Shown piece by piece: positions 29,363-39,646 of a stretch of 64,000 nucleotides of DNA; position 1 is the stretch's first letter, and the number at the start of each line of letters is the position of its first letter. Source of the DNA: Minisyncoccota bacterium (GTDB lineage: Bacteria > Patescibacteriota > Minisyncoccia > Phycocordibacterales > UBA918); contig JAWKSP010000002.1 in assembly GCA_041389025.1 (NCBI GenBank), forward strand, positions 184,079 through 248,078, written 5' to 3'. The notes under the pieces were generated by a model. The model ran no database searches, was not told where the DNA came from, and was given only the letters and a program-made list of their open reading frames with translations. A program made the translations under genes and the position numbers.

Positions 29363-29517
29363 ATGACCTCCTTTTTTAAATTTAAAAGAGCTTACTTAAG
29401 TTGATTTTTACTATCAACTTTAATTTTTTATAACATAGAAAAATTAAAGTGTAAATATATTTAAACTTCATTCAACCGACTATTGTCTAAATTGTTTTGT
29501 TGATATTAATTAAATTA

Positions 29518-30978
29518 TTAAAAAGTTAATTCATTTACATTCACCACCGCCTCTATTAAATCCCCTGTCTGACGTAAGTTATCGTATGACAAGTAAGTTC
29601 CCTCCTCCTCAACAATAGCGTTACTCTTAGACTGTTCTAATTTATTTAGTGATACAGCAAAAATCTCAACTGTGGTGTCATTAATCCAATTTACTCGTAT
29701 CTCAGCATCACCGTATCCATCTTTATAAAAATAAGTAAAATTATTTGGATCTATTTCATGTATTTTTACAGCTTTCCCTAAAACAAGGTCATAAATAAAT
29801 AATTCATATTTATTATTTTTAGGAAAAACAACTATATATCTATTATCAGAACTTAAAGTCTTGCGTGGGTAAGACTGCATAACAAAACCAGTATCCGTTA
29901 GGACATTTTCTTCAGTAGTCCTGTCAAAAACAACAAGTGAGGCGTAACCCTGACCTTCGTAAGGTGAGGACGTTAGATAAATTCTTTCTTTAGTGCTTGA
30001 TGAAGCTAGTAATTTTATAGAAGAGAAATTGAATAAATCATAATCAGAAGTGTCTAGTGTTTTTAATAATTCATATTTTCCTGACACGCTATTCTTATAG
30101 CATAAGTCCGTACTTTTTTTATAATAATCATCCTCATAAAAATACAGGAAGTAACTTACATCTTTGTCTTTATATTTTTCCGTATATCCTTCTTTTTCAC
30201 AGTAAAAGTTCATTACCCTTTCTTCATCCAATCCCTCACTCCAAGACTCTTTTTTCACATATTTTTCACCATCAAAAATATATTCTGTATATATCCATTC
30301 TTGAGCCGATTTAGCACTGGAAGTAATACTTTTATTTTCTATATCAAAAGTTGGGTTTACTAAGTTAGATAAATCAGGTTCAAAAGTAGAAAAATCATTA
30401 CTTAACTCTAAGAGACCGTTGTCAGGATTATAAAGATAAAAACGATAAAACCTATTTACTCCACCATATCCAACATTAGACAAGACCCCCAAATCCAAAT
30501 AATGGTCGTAATTTATATCGCGATTTGTAATCAAAAAAGATTCTTTATTGGCGATACCAGCTAATCCAGCAAAATTTACATCTATGGTTTGCACTACTTC
30601 GTACTTTTCATTCAGTACCTCGAGAACACTCTGATCATAGCGAATTTTATATTTACCCATATCAACCGTAGTAGTAGCTACAAGACCCTTATTTAAGACA
30701 AATTCATCCCCAATCTCTACTTTTTCCTCAGGTCCCGACGCTGTATCTTCCTCAATCATGACCCCCTCTACTTCTTCCACCACCTCCTCCAAAGCAATCT
30801 TATATCCCACATAAGCACCCACAAATGGTAGTAATATAAATAACACAAGCGCTAAATACTTTGACAACGGCGTGACTTTAGTCAACCTGTCGGTTGAGTT
30901 TTGTTGTTCTAAAGTTTCTGTTGAAACTTTAGTTTGAGTTTCTTCATCTATTTTATTTGTGTTTGTCTCTGGTGACAT
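29518..30978 (-). CDS. large hypothetical membrane-anchored extracytoplasmic protein
   Basis: N-terminal KVTPLSKYLALVLFILLPFVGAYVGYKI anchor shared with 12131..12976; Tyr-rich beta-rich ectodomain. Confidence 0.4.
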   Translation of the reverse strand: MSPETNTNKIDEETQTKVSTETLEQQNSTDRLTKVTPLSKYLALVLFILLPFVGAYVGYKIALEEVVEEVEGVMIEEDTASGPEEKVEIGDEFVLNKGLVATTTVDMGKYKIRYDQSVLEVLNEKYEVVQTIDVNFAGLAGIANKESFLITNRDINYDHYLDLGVLSNVGYGGVNRFYRFYLYNPDNGLLELSNDFSTFEPDLSNLVNPTFDIENKSITSSAKSAQEWIYTEYIFDGEKYVKKESWSEGLDEERVMNFYCEKEGYTEKYKDKDVSYFLYFYEDDYYKKSTDLCYKNSVSGKYELLKTLDTSDYDLFNFSSIKLLASSSTKERIYLTSSPYEGQGYASLVVFDRTTEENVLTDTGFVMQSYPRKTLSSDNRYIVVFPKNNKYELFIYDLVLGKAVKIHEIDPNNFTYFYKDGYGDAEIRVNWINDTTVEIFAVSLNKLEQSKSNAIVEEEGTYLSYDNLRQTGDLIEAVVNVNELTF

Positions 30979-31008
30979 ATTTATATACTAGAGTTAATAA
31001 ACTAATGA

Positions 31009-32001
31009 TTAACTATTTTTACTCATACGATCAAACAATCTAAAGTGATGTCCAGCACCAAACATAATTATTATAATAATGGCAGCAAAGTGTGGTAAGT
31101 GTCCGGTAAGTTCAATTGGCCCTAAAATAAATAGTGGTATGGTAAAAATAATTGCTGTTACAACCGCCACTAGACGAGTAGTGATACCAAGTAAAAGTAA
31201 TAAACCTAACAAAGCTTCAGTAGTTCCAGCCAACAAAACAAAAAGGTAATCAGATACCCCAAAACTAGCTAGAAAGTTCCAGTCATGTTGGGCTAAGAAA
31301 TTTAAACCCAGCTCTGGTCTAAAAATCTTTTCAGTAAAACCAAGAGTTACCAAAGTAATACCAGTACCGACCCGTAAAGTCGGTAACGCATAAGGTCTAA
31401 ATTTATAGACAAAACCTTTGATAGACCTTATAGACAAAACACTAAAGTAATCATTACCCATGATGATAATAAAGGAAATGATAGATAAGACCCAAATATT
31501 TTCAACCAGAGCTTCTAAACCGGCGTAAGGTAAAGCCAAAAACCAAACAATGGCCAACAATACTGCTCCCAAACGAGCAAAAATTCCTAAAAGAAACATA
31601 AGGCCAATCACAAACTGAACCATAATAAGTAACATTGGTACACCAGAATGAACGGTAAGATTGGGTGAAAATAAATATTCATGGGTACCAGCAATCATAA
31701 AGAAAGCCCCCGCCACCATAGTGAAAGTAGCTGCTACACGATTGAAAGCATTGACTGTTCTAGGACGTAAAAAATCTAACCGAAATAATTTCTTTTTTTC
31801 CAATACTGTACCAACAAAAACCACAAAAGTGGCTAATAAAAAACAGCCGGCTAAGTATAATGAAGTAGGTTCTTGTGTGACTAATGGCGGAATTTCTCCT
31901 TCTGCAAACCAACGAGTATGTGCCGAGGCAAGTAAAGGAATAAAAAATAAGGCTATTAAAAAAACACTTCTCTGAGAAAAAGTTTTAATCATGCCTAACA
32001 T
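31009..32001 (-). CDS. hypothetical polytopic membrane protein (DoxX-like?)
   Basis: About eight hydrophobic helices; no catalytic motif recognised. Confidence 0.3.
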   Translation of the reverse strand: MLGMIKTFSQRSVFLIALFFIPLLASAHTRWFAEGEIPPLVTQEPTSLYLAGCFLLATFVVFVGTVLEKKKLFRLDFLRPRTVNAFNRVAATFTMVAGAFFMIAGTHEYLFSPNLTVHSGVPMLLIMVQFVIGLMFLLGIFARLGAVLLAIVWFLALPYAGLEALVENIWVLSIISFIIIMGNDYFSVLSIRSIKGFVYKFRPYALPTLRVGTGITLVTLGFTEKIFRPELGLNFLAQHDWNFLASFGVSDYLFVLLAGTTEALLGLLLLLGITTRLVAVVTAIIFTIPLFILGPIELTGHLPHFAAIIIIIMFGAGHHFRLFDRMSKNS

Positions 32002-32048
32002 GATATAGATTTATAGATAATTTTGACTCAATTTATCCCCAGGGGTAA

Positions 32049-32110
32049 GTGAGGTGGGATAAATAAAAGGTGTTTCCTTAAGGAAACACCTTTTATTTAT
32101 CCCACCTCAC
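32049..32110. terminator. 29-bp perfect palindrome hairpin
   Basis: gtgaggtgggataaataaaaggtgtttcc-ttaa-ggaaacaccttttatttatcccacctcac, immediately 3' of clpB on the minus strand. Confidence 0.55.
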
Positions 32111-32119
32111 TATAAATCC

Positions 32120-34818
32120 TTAAGCGGTTACCGGTTCTTTTGCTTTTACAACACGTTTTGTGACAGGTTTTTTTCTTCCCCCTTTACTCTTTACGTCAAA
32201 ATCAATTTCACCCTTACGCATACAGACTTTTACCACTCCTTTTTGTAACATACCCTCACCCACCATCATATTAGCCACCGGTGTTAGTATCTTACTTTGG
32301 ATCAAGCGTTTTAATGGTCTCGCACCAAACTTTGGATCATAACCTTCTTTAGCCAAGTACTCCAGCACATCATCGGTTAAAGTCATAATTATTTCTTTAT
32401 TTTCTAGACGACGTTGTACTTCATCAATCTGAATAGAAACAATACTGCGAATAGTTTCTGGTGACAAAATATCAAAGACAATTATCTCATCAAGTCGGTT
32501 TAAGAACTCTGGTCGGAAGTAGTTCTTGAGACTATCCATTACTTTATCCTTGGCCTGCACATATTGAGTAGCATCATCTTTTTCAGCCGCAAAACCAAAA
32601 CTAGACATTCTATCTATATGCTCAGCACCAATATTAGAGGTCATAATAATAACTGTATTGCGGAAATTAACCTTTCTACCTTTAGCATCAGTCAAATGAC
32701 CAGAGTCAAGGACCTGCAATAGAATATTAAATACTTCAGGATGAGCTTTTCTATTTCATCCAACAAGATAACTGAGTAAGGACGATGTCGTACTCTCTCG
32801 GTAATTGATCCTCCTTCTTCGTGTCCCACATAACCAGGTGGCGAACCAATAATCTTAGACACAGCATGTTTTTCCATGAACTCTGACATATCAATCCGAA
32901 GTAAAGCATCAGAATCATTAAACATAAATTCTGCTAAAGCCTTAGATAGTTCAGTTTTACCAACTCCAGTTGGACCAAGAAACAGAAATGAACCGATCGG
33001 ACGATTTGGATCAGCAATTCCCGCTCGTGAACGCTTGATAGCGTCAGCCACCAGTTTAATAGCATGATCTTGACCAACTACTTTATTTTTTAGAACATCC
33101 TCCATTCTAGCTAGTTTACGAGCTTCCGCTTCAAGCATGCGAGACACCGGTATACCAGTCCAACGCGAGACTACAGAAGCAATATCTTCTTCAGTCACCT
33201 CTTCTTTTAGTAAACGACGACTGCGTTGCAGTTTTTTAAGACGTTTCATTTTATCATCAAGTGCTTTTTGTACTTTAGGAATTGAATCATAACGAATTTC
33301 CGCTGCCTGAGTTAAATCAGCCATTGCTTCAGCATTTTCTGCTTCTACTCTAAGTTCTTCTAATTCCTTCTTTAATTTACTAATTTCTCCAAGAGTATTT
33401 TTTTCATTACTCCATTTAGTTTCTAAAGCTGAAGTGGTTTCTTTTAGTTCACCGATTTCTCGTTCGATTTCTTTTATTCTGTCTTTTATTTTCTTCTTAT
33501 TTTCAGACACTTCTAACTCCTTTCGCAAAGCTTCACGTTCGATTTCTAAACGTCGCACCTGTCTGTCAGACACTACCAACTCTTCCGGTTTATTTTCTAG
33601 TGAAATACGTAAAGCAGAAGCCGCTTCATCAATCAGATCCACAGCTTTATCTGGTAAAAAACGATCAGTAATGTAACGAGAAGAAAGATTTACTGCTGAT
33701 ACAATCGCATCATCAGTAATTCGTACTCCATGAAAAAGCTCGTATTTTTCAGACAGACCACGAAGAATAGCGATAGTGTCTTCCGGTGACGGCTCATTTA
33801 CAAACACTGGTTGAAAACGTCGAGTCAAGGCCGGATCTCGTTCAATGTGTTTTTGATACTCTTTTAAAGTAGTAGCTCCGATTACTCTTATTTCACCACG
33901 AGCCAAAGCTGGCTTTAGCATATTAGAAGCATCCATCGATCCTTCGGCTTGTCCTGCACCAACTATAGTATGCAATTCATCGATAAATAAAATTATTCCT
34001 CCATCAGAAGCTTCTACTTCTTTCATCACTGCTTTTAAACGCTCCTCGAACTCACCACGAAACTTAGTACCAGCCACTAAAAGACCTAAATCAAGAGATA
34101 GAATCTCTTTTTCTCGAACTGACTCGGGTACATAACCAAGCACTATTTGCTGGGCCAAACCCTCAGCTATTGCAGTCTTTCCCACTCCGGCCTCTCCTAT
34201 CAACACTGGGTTATTCTTAGTACGACGAGACAGTATCTGAATCACCCGTTGTATTTCCACATCACGACCAATTACCGGATCTAGTTTATTTTCTTGTGCC
34301 AATTTAGTAAGATTTCTAGTGTATTTAGTTAGAGCACGATATTTTTTAGGAGCCTGAACGTCAGTAACATTATGTTCACGCAACTCCTTAACTGTACGTA
34401 TGACTTTCTCTCGATCAATTCCCGAACGCTGTAATAACTCAACCGCCGGCCCCGGATACTCAAGAACAGCTACAAACAAATGCTCTACTCCAACATAAGA
34501 ATCACCCATTTGCTCAGCTAACTTACCAGAAAACTCTAGCGCTTTAGCTAGATCAGGCGTCAAATAAAGTTGGTAAGTTGGTGAAATCGTAGTTTGCATC
34601 TCACTCACCTCTAATGCTTCGAGCATAATATCAGTAAAAGCAATCACGTCGACATCCATTCGGTCAAGAATTGAGATCACCATACTTTCATCCTGCATGG
34701 CCAATGCGGTCAAAAGATGAATTGGATTAACATGATTTTGTCCTCGTTCGATAGCTAGTTCATGCGCTTTTCTGATAGCTTCTTTAGCTTTTGATGTAAA
34801 ATTTTGAAAATTAGGCAT
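32120..34818 (-). pseudogene. clpB: ClpB chaperone (AAA+ disaggregase) interrupted by a 1-nt frameshift near 32745
   Basis: N-domain, NBD1, coiled-coil M-domain and NBD2 are all recognisable. Reading LLDEIEK then jumps frame; adding one g to gaaaag-ctcatcc restores [16 protein letters not shown]. Confidence 0.7.
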
Positions 34819-35037
34819 AACTCATTTAATTATACGATACAAATTGCGCATTCTTACATTCTTGCGTGTGTTTAAACCGTTCTGGCAATCAATCTATTTT
34901 GCAAAAATGTTTCGTTATCCCTATATTGCAATAAAAATAACTTTGAGTCAACTAAGAAATAGTATTAAAAAATAGGTCGGAAAATCGCTTCGCGATTTTC
35001 CGACCTCACCACTAACCTATCACCAAAAAAAAATAAA

Positions 35038-35691
35038 TCACTTCTCAAAAACCACCAAATATGCCAATTCACCAACTTTCTGATGATTTACCATAGTGAG
35101 CCCAGCTTTTTCTCCCAACTCTTTCAATTGCTCAAGTGAAAATTGTTCGGAGGTTACATTTCCTGAAGAAAGAGAGTAGATTATTGTCCCGCTCTCTCCA
35201 TCAACATCCAATATTGGAGCATCAATGGACTCACTCATAGCTATACGGATTTCTAAAGCAGTTTCTGCATAAGTACTTAAAAGTAATTTACCTCCACTTT
35301 TTAGCACTCTGGCAGCTTCCCCTATAGAAAACTCTTTCCTGTCACCTAAATTTGGCAATAACATAAGGTGAGTTACTAAATCAAAGGTATTAGACCCAAA
35401 CGTCAAATTCTGAGCCGTACACAACTCAGCGTAAACATTTGGCGAATGTCTGAACCTGTTATTGATCTCATTTACTGCCACAAGATCATTATCAACACCA
35501 ATTATTTTTTGGGTTTGCTTAATAATGGTTTCTATACCGCGACCATCACCACAACCAACATCCAAAACATAGGATTCACTTGGTATATTAGTTAACAAAA
35601 ATTCTCTCTCGGCATCAAAAAGTTTTTGAAACTCAGAGGTTGGACTCTCCACAATTTTCTGCCACCAATCAATATTTGTTTCTAGTACCAT
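35038..35691 (-). CDS. class I SAM-dependent methyltransferase
   Basis: Motif I VLDVGCGDGRG; acidic residue at the end of beta2. Confidence 0.6.
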   Translation of the reverse strand: MVLETNIDWWQKIVESPTSEFQKLFDAEREFLLTNIPSESYVLDVGCGDGRGIETIIKQTQKIIGVDNDLVAVNEINNRFRHSPNVYAELCTAQNLTFGSNTFDLVTHLMLLPNLGDRKEFSIGEAARVLKSGGKLLLSTYAETALEIRIAMSESIDAPILDVDGESGTIIYSLSSGNVTSEQFSLEQLKELGEKAGLTMVNHQKVGELAYLVVFEK

Positions 35692-35789
35692 TATTCACCT
35701 CCATTACATTATGTGACTTAAATTAAAACAACAAAATTCCTTGAAGTTATACGTCCTAAAACTACTTTAGTCAACAGTAAAAAACAAAT

Positions 35790-36359
35790 CTACTTAGTAA
35801 TAATTTTTACATTTTCAGATAAATTTTTGGTAATAAAATCTAAATCTTGCTTTGAATAGTTGGTACCGATTAAGTTTAATACCTTTAAGTTACTTAAATT
35901 ACTAAGTTCATACGGTAAACCAGTAATAGGATTGTTAGACAAATCTAAGACCTCAAGCTTTGATAACTGGCCAATTTCGGCTGGTACTCCGGTAAAATTA
36001 TTATCACTTAGATCAAGAGTTTGTAGATTTTGTAAATGTCTAATCTCAGCCGGCAATGACCCGCTTAGTTTATTGTGAGATAAATCCAAAACAGTGACTT
36101 CTTTTCTAGAAAAAATACCGCTTGGTTCTTTAGTTAGATTTTGGTAGCTCAAATCAATAACTTGATCATCATTTGCTTCTGATGATTTATCCAAGAGACT
36201 ATCTGGTACTGCTTGATTAACCATATTGTTTACTGTTTTTTCTGTATTTAATCTTTCTTCCAAGACTTTTTTACCAGCTGTAGTCTCGGTTTCATTAGAA
36301 ATATACATAAATCCAAAAACAATTATGACAATCGCGAGCAATAGACTAATTAAACCCAT
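35790..36359 (-). CDS. leucine-rich repeat protein with an N-terminal TM anchor
   Basis: At least five LxxLxLxxNxL repeats (LDLSHNKLSGSLP, LDLSDNNFTGVP, LDLSNNPITGLP...). Confidence 0.6.
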   Translation of the reverse strand: MGLISLLLAIVIIVFGFMYISNETETTAGKKVLEERLNTEKTVNNMVNQAVPDSLLDKSSEANDDQVIDLSYQNLTKEPSGIFSRKEVTVLDLSHNKLSGSLPAEIRHLQNLQTLDLSDNNFTGVPAEIGQLSKLEVLDLSNNPITGLPYELSNLSNLKVLNLIGTNYSKQDLDFITKNLSENVKIITK

Positions 36360-36385
36360 ATTCTTTAATTATACAACAAAAAAAA

Positions 36386-37021
36386 TTAATTGCAGATAAC
36401 CTTAATATTCCCAAACTGAGATACCGCTGATTCTAGTATCTGCCAACCAGAAATTTTTAGTAACTCCAAAAACTCTCCTTCTGTATAAAGGCAAACTGGT
36501 TTTAGAACACCAAAAACTTCTGCCTCCCGATCTGGTAGTTGAGCAAAACGTCCAATTACCGACTTATTTCTATCTGGATATGTCACACCAATTGCAGTAT
36601 TAAGACCGGTAACTGAAATATACAAACGATCAATCACTACCTTTCTTAATTCTTTTAAAATTTTTTCAGCTTCTTGATATGACAAATAATGAATAGTTCT
36701 CTGCAAACAACAATCATCAAATCTTTCGTTTTTTAGTATTTTAGTTAAATTTCTAATATCCCCTTGAATAAATTTTAGACAATCAGATGATAAGCTATTT
36801 TCTTCTCTAAGCTTAGAAAATTCTTGGCTATAGTCACAGATATCAACGGCAGTGACAAAAGCACCAGCTGTAGCTAGGCGCACTGACTGACCGCCCGCTC
36901 CCGATCCTAAATCCAAAATTTTTGGTTCATTTTTAGTAATAATATGAGCGATTAATTTCCGATCTAAATCATCAGCCCGTCGCAACGCCACATCTACACC
37001 GTAGTTTGTTTTTTCCTCCAT
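36386..37021 (-). CDS. class I SAM-dependent methyltransferase
   Basis: Motif I ILDLGSGAGGQS, motif II AVDI. Confidence 0.55.
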   Translation of the reverse strand: MEEKTNYGVDVALRRADDLDRKLIAHIITKNEPKILDLGSGAGGQSVRLATAGAFVTAVDICDYSQEFSKLREENSLSSDCLKFIQGDIRNLTKILKNERFDDCCLQRTIHYLSYQEAEKILKELRKVVIDRLYISVTGLNTAIGVTYPDRNKSVIGRFAQLPDREAEVFGVLKPVCLYTEGEFLELLKISGWQILESAVSQFGNIKVICN

Positions 37022-37027
37022 TAATTA

Positions 37028-37807
37028 CTAATTTTTCTTTAATTTTTCTTCCACACTAGCCTGTAACCATTCCTTAGTTCCTTCAAAAGCTCTAAGTACC
37101 TCAATAGGAGTAGCAAATACTACGGTATTGGATTGGTCTGATGATAGGTCGTTTAGGGTCTGAAGAGTTCTTAGGTGTAAAGCGCCTGGCGTACTAGAAA
37201 GTAGCTTGGCGGCTTTTTGGATATTTTCTGCCGCTACCACTTCACCTTCTGCCTTTATAATCACTGACCGTCGCTCTCTTTCTGCCTCGGCTTGCTTGGC
37301 GATAGTCCGCTCCATATCAGCCGGCAGGAAAAAGTCCTTCAGCTCCACATTATCAACCTTAATTCCCCACTGATTGGTCTCCTCATCAACGATATTTTGA
37401 ATTTGAGTCGACAACTTATCTCGCTCAGACAACGCTTCATCAAGCTCAGCCCCTCCGACCACGTTTCGCATGGTAGTTTGTGCCAACTGTGACACCGCAT
37501 AACGAAAATCTTCTACTTCGAGTATCGCCATCGCCGCATCTGACACTCGGTAGTAGATCACGGCGTTGATACTAGCTGATACATTATCCTTAGTAATTAC
37601 CTTTTGATCCTGTACATCAACCGCCTTTACGCGCAGATCTACTTTGTACATTTTTTGAAATACCGGCACGATAATACTCCATCCCGGCTTACGAAGACTA
37701 GTGTAGCGCCCCATAGTAAGCACCACTCCTCGTTCATACTGCTTTACCTCGCGTAAAAACGAAATCAAAACGATAGCAATAAGAAATAATATCCAAAAGA
37801 AATTCAT
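37028..37807 (-). CDS. SPFH/band-7 (stomatin/prohibitin-like) membrane protein
   Basis: N-terminal TM, SPFH core, C-terminal coiled-coil EAERERR. Confidence 0.7.
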   Translation of the reverse strand: MNFFWILFLIAIVLISFLREVKQYERGVVLTMGRYTSLRKPGWSIIVPVFQKMYKVDLRVKAVDVQDQKVITKDNVSASINAVIYYRVSDAAMAILEVEDFRYAVSQLAQTTMRNVVGGAELDEALSERDKLSTQIQNIVDEETNQWGIKVDNVELKDFFLPADMERTIAKQAEAERERRSVIIKAEGEVVAAENIQKAAKLLSSTPGALHLRTLQTLNDLSSDQSNTVVFATPIEVLRAFEGTKEWLQASVEEKLKKN

Positions 37808-37941
37808 ATTTAAAAAGTTAGAATCTGGTAATATGGTTTTATTATACGCTCATAAGGATATAAAGAAAGAGCTGTCTACTAATTTTGTAGACAGCTTCAC
37901 AACAAATCTTTTTTCTCTCCTATACAAATAGAATTTATTTA

Positions 37942-38286
37942 TTATTTTTCTTGCATGGCACTTATCTTAAGAATTAAGAAATCTACATAACTTACTGTGA
38001 ACTTATTTATTTTTATAGAAACATAACCTGTCTCCATGTCCACTAAAGCAGCTGGATCGCTATGAGCTGTACCATCCTTCGAAATTCTACCCACTAATTT
38101 TGCTCGATTACCATCCTTAAAAAAACGTACATGTTTTCCAGTTCCTCCATCATCTTCATAATACCCATCAAGTTCAACCACTTGTTTAATAAAAAATTTA
38201 CGTTGTTCTTTAGATAAGAGCCCGTTATCAGGCAAATTCAATAGATTTTTCGTAAATGATTTTAAAGGGATAGAGTCAAACATCAA
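37942..38286 (-). CDS. hypothetical protein
   Basis: 114-aa ORF, last gene of the co-directional string. Confidence 0.3.
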   Translation of the reverse strand: MMFDSIPLKSFTKNLLNLPDNGLLSKEQRKFFIKQVVELDGYYEDDGGTGKHVRFFKDGNRAKLVGRISKDGTAHSDPAALVDMETGYVSIKINKFTVSYVDFLILKISAMQEK

Positions 38287-38350
38287 TTACCTCCTTTGGC
38301 TAATTATATAGTGAACTGAACCCATAATAAACCACATTAATTTTAAAAAA

Positions 38351-39550
38351 TCAACCCCTCATCCGCTCACAAAACTTTACTAGAGCATCTACTACATATT
38401 CCAAATCTTCTTTAGTCGTATCTTCGCCGAGCGAGAAGCGGATGGTGGAGCGGGAGCAGGCGGCGTCAGCGGTCAGTTCTTTTACCACCGCGCTCTCGCC
38501 GCCGCCCGCTCCCGCACACGCGCTCTTGGTACTAGCAGCAATCCCTTGCATATCTAGATACACCACCGCGTACTCAGTATCAAAATCAAGCAAAGAAATA
38601 TTAATATTGTTAGCCACCCGCGCTTCACCGGTAGCACCATTTAAAACCGTCCCAGTCACTCGACCAAGCAACATTTCAATCATTTCGTCCCGAAGCTTAC
38701 CCACTCTCTCTGCTCGCTCTTTATAATTGTCCTGCGCCAACTCCAAAGCCCTAGCCATCCCTACTATCCCAGCTACATTTTCCGTCCCCGGCCGAAGTTC
38801 ATCTTCTTGTCCGCCGCCAAAAGCCACCGGTAAAAGTCCGATTCGCTTACTCATCGCAAGCACCCCCACTCCTTTTGGCCCATAACACTTACCAGCATCA
38901 AGGGCCATAGTATCCACCCCTAATTGCTTAAAAGCACAAGGAAGCCAAAGTGGTGCCTGCGCTGCATCCAAATGCACCATTATGGAAATATTATTTTCAC
39001 GCTCAAATTTACGAACCAACCTGACCAAACGCAACACCGGCTGTATCGTACCAATCTCACTGTTCACATAAGCAAACGTAATCAAAACAGTTTTTGAAGA
39101 TAGTAGTTTCTCCAACTCAGTCGGTGAGATTATCCCTTTTTCATCTACTTTTACATATTTTACCTTCACTCCCAAACCCTCAAGTTCAGCCATCACTTCA
39201 TCAACCGATGGGTGCTCTATCTTAGTGGTAACCACTTCCATATCAGAATAAGCCACACCTTTTTCTTTATGTAGGTAACGCAACCGACCCAAAATCGCCA
39301 AATTATTACTTTCAGTACCGTTGCCGGTAAAAAATACTCCGACCGGTTTTATTTCCAAAATTCTCGCCACTTTAATTCTGGACTCTTCCAGTGCTTGCTT
39401 GGTTTTTTGTCCCTCTTGATGAATCGAGCTGGCGTTACCAAAATTTTCCGTCAAAAACGGCATCATCACCTCCAGCACTTCAGGTTTTAACGGTGTCGCT
39501 GCCGCGTTGTCCATGTAGACCCTTCTTTTCTGGCTTTCTCCTTCATTCAT
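38351..39550 (-). CDS. cysteine desulfurase (class V aminotransferase, IscS/NifS-like)
   Basis: YMDNAAATPL, PLP-binding region, C-terminal catalytic Cys loop STKSACAG. Confidence 0.8.
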   Translation of the reverse strand: MNEGESQKRRVYMDNAAATPLKPEVLEVMMPFLTENFGNASSIHQEGQKTKQALEESRIKVARILEIKPVGVFFTGNGTESNNLAILGRLRYLHKEKGVAYSDMEVVTTKIEHPSVDEVMAELEGLGVKVKYVKVDEKGIISPTELEKLLSSKTVLITFAYVNSEIGTIQPVLRLVRLVRKFERENNISIMVHLDAAQAPLWLPCAFKQLGVDTMALDAGKCYGPKGVGVLAMSKRIGLLPVAFGGGQEDELRPGTENVAGIVGMARALELAQDNYKERAERVGKLRDEMIEMLLGRVTGTVLNGATGEARVANNINISLLDFDTEYAVVYLDMQGIAASTKSACAGAGGGESAVVKELTADAACSRSTIRFSLGEDTTKEDLEYVVDALVKFCERMRG

Positions 39551-39646
39551 TACGAAATCATGACATAAGGTGAAAAATATGTAAATCTCTGCTATACTCG
39601 CAATACTTTTAGTTGCAATACACCGTCTTTTGAGTGTCTTTACTAT

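Noticed and set aside
31009-32001. DoxX/oxidoreductase assignment for the polytopic membrane protein
   Set aside because: Only the hydrophobicity pattern supports it and no diagnostic motif was found, so it is kept as a hypothetical membrane protein.
32876-33676. Plus-strand ORFs inside clpB, and similar antisense ORFs inside gyrA (56165..58072), infB, IscS and S1
   Set aside because: These are antisense artefacts of long conserved genes.
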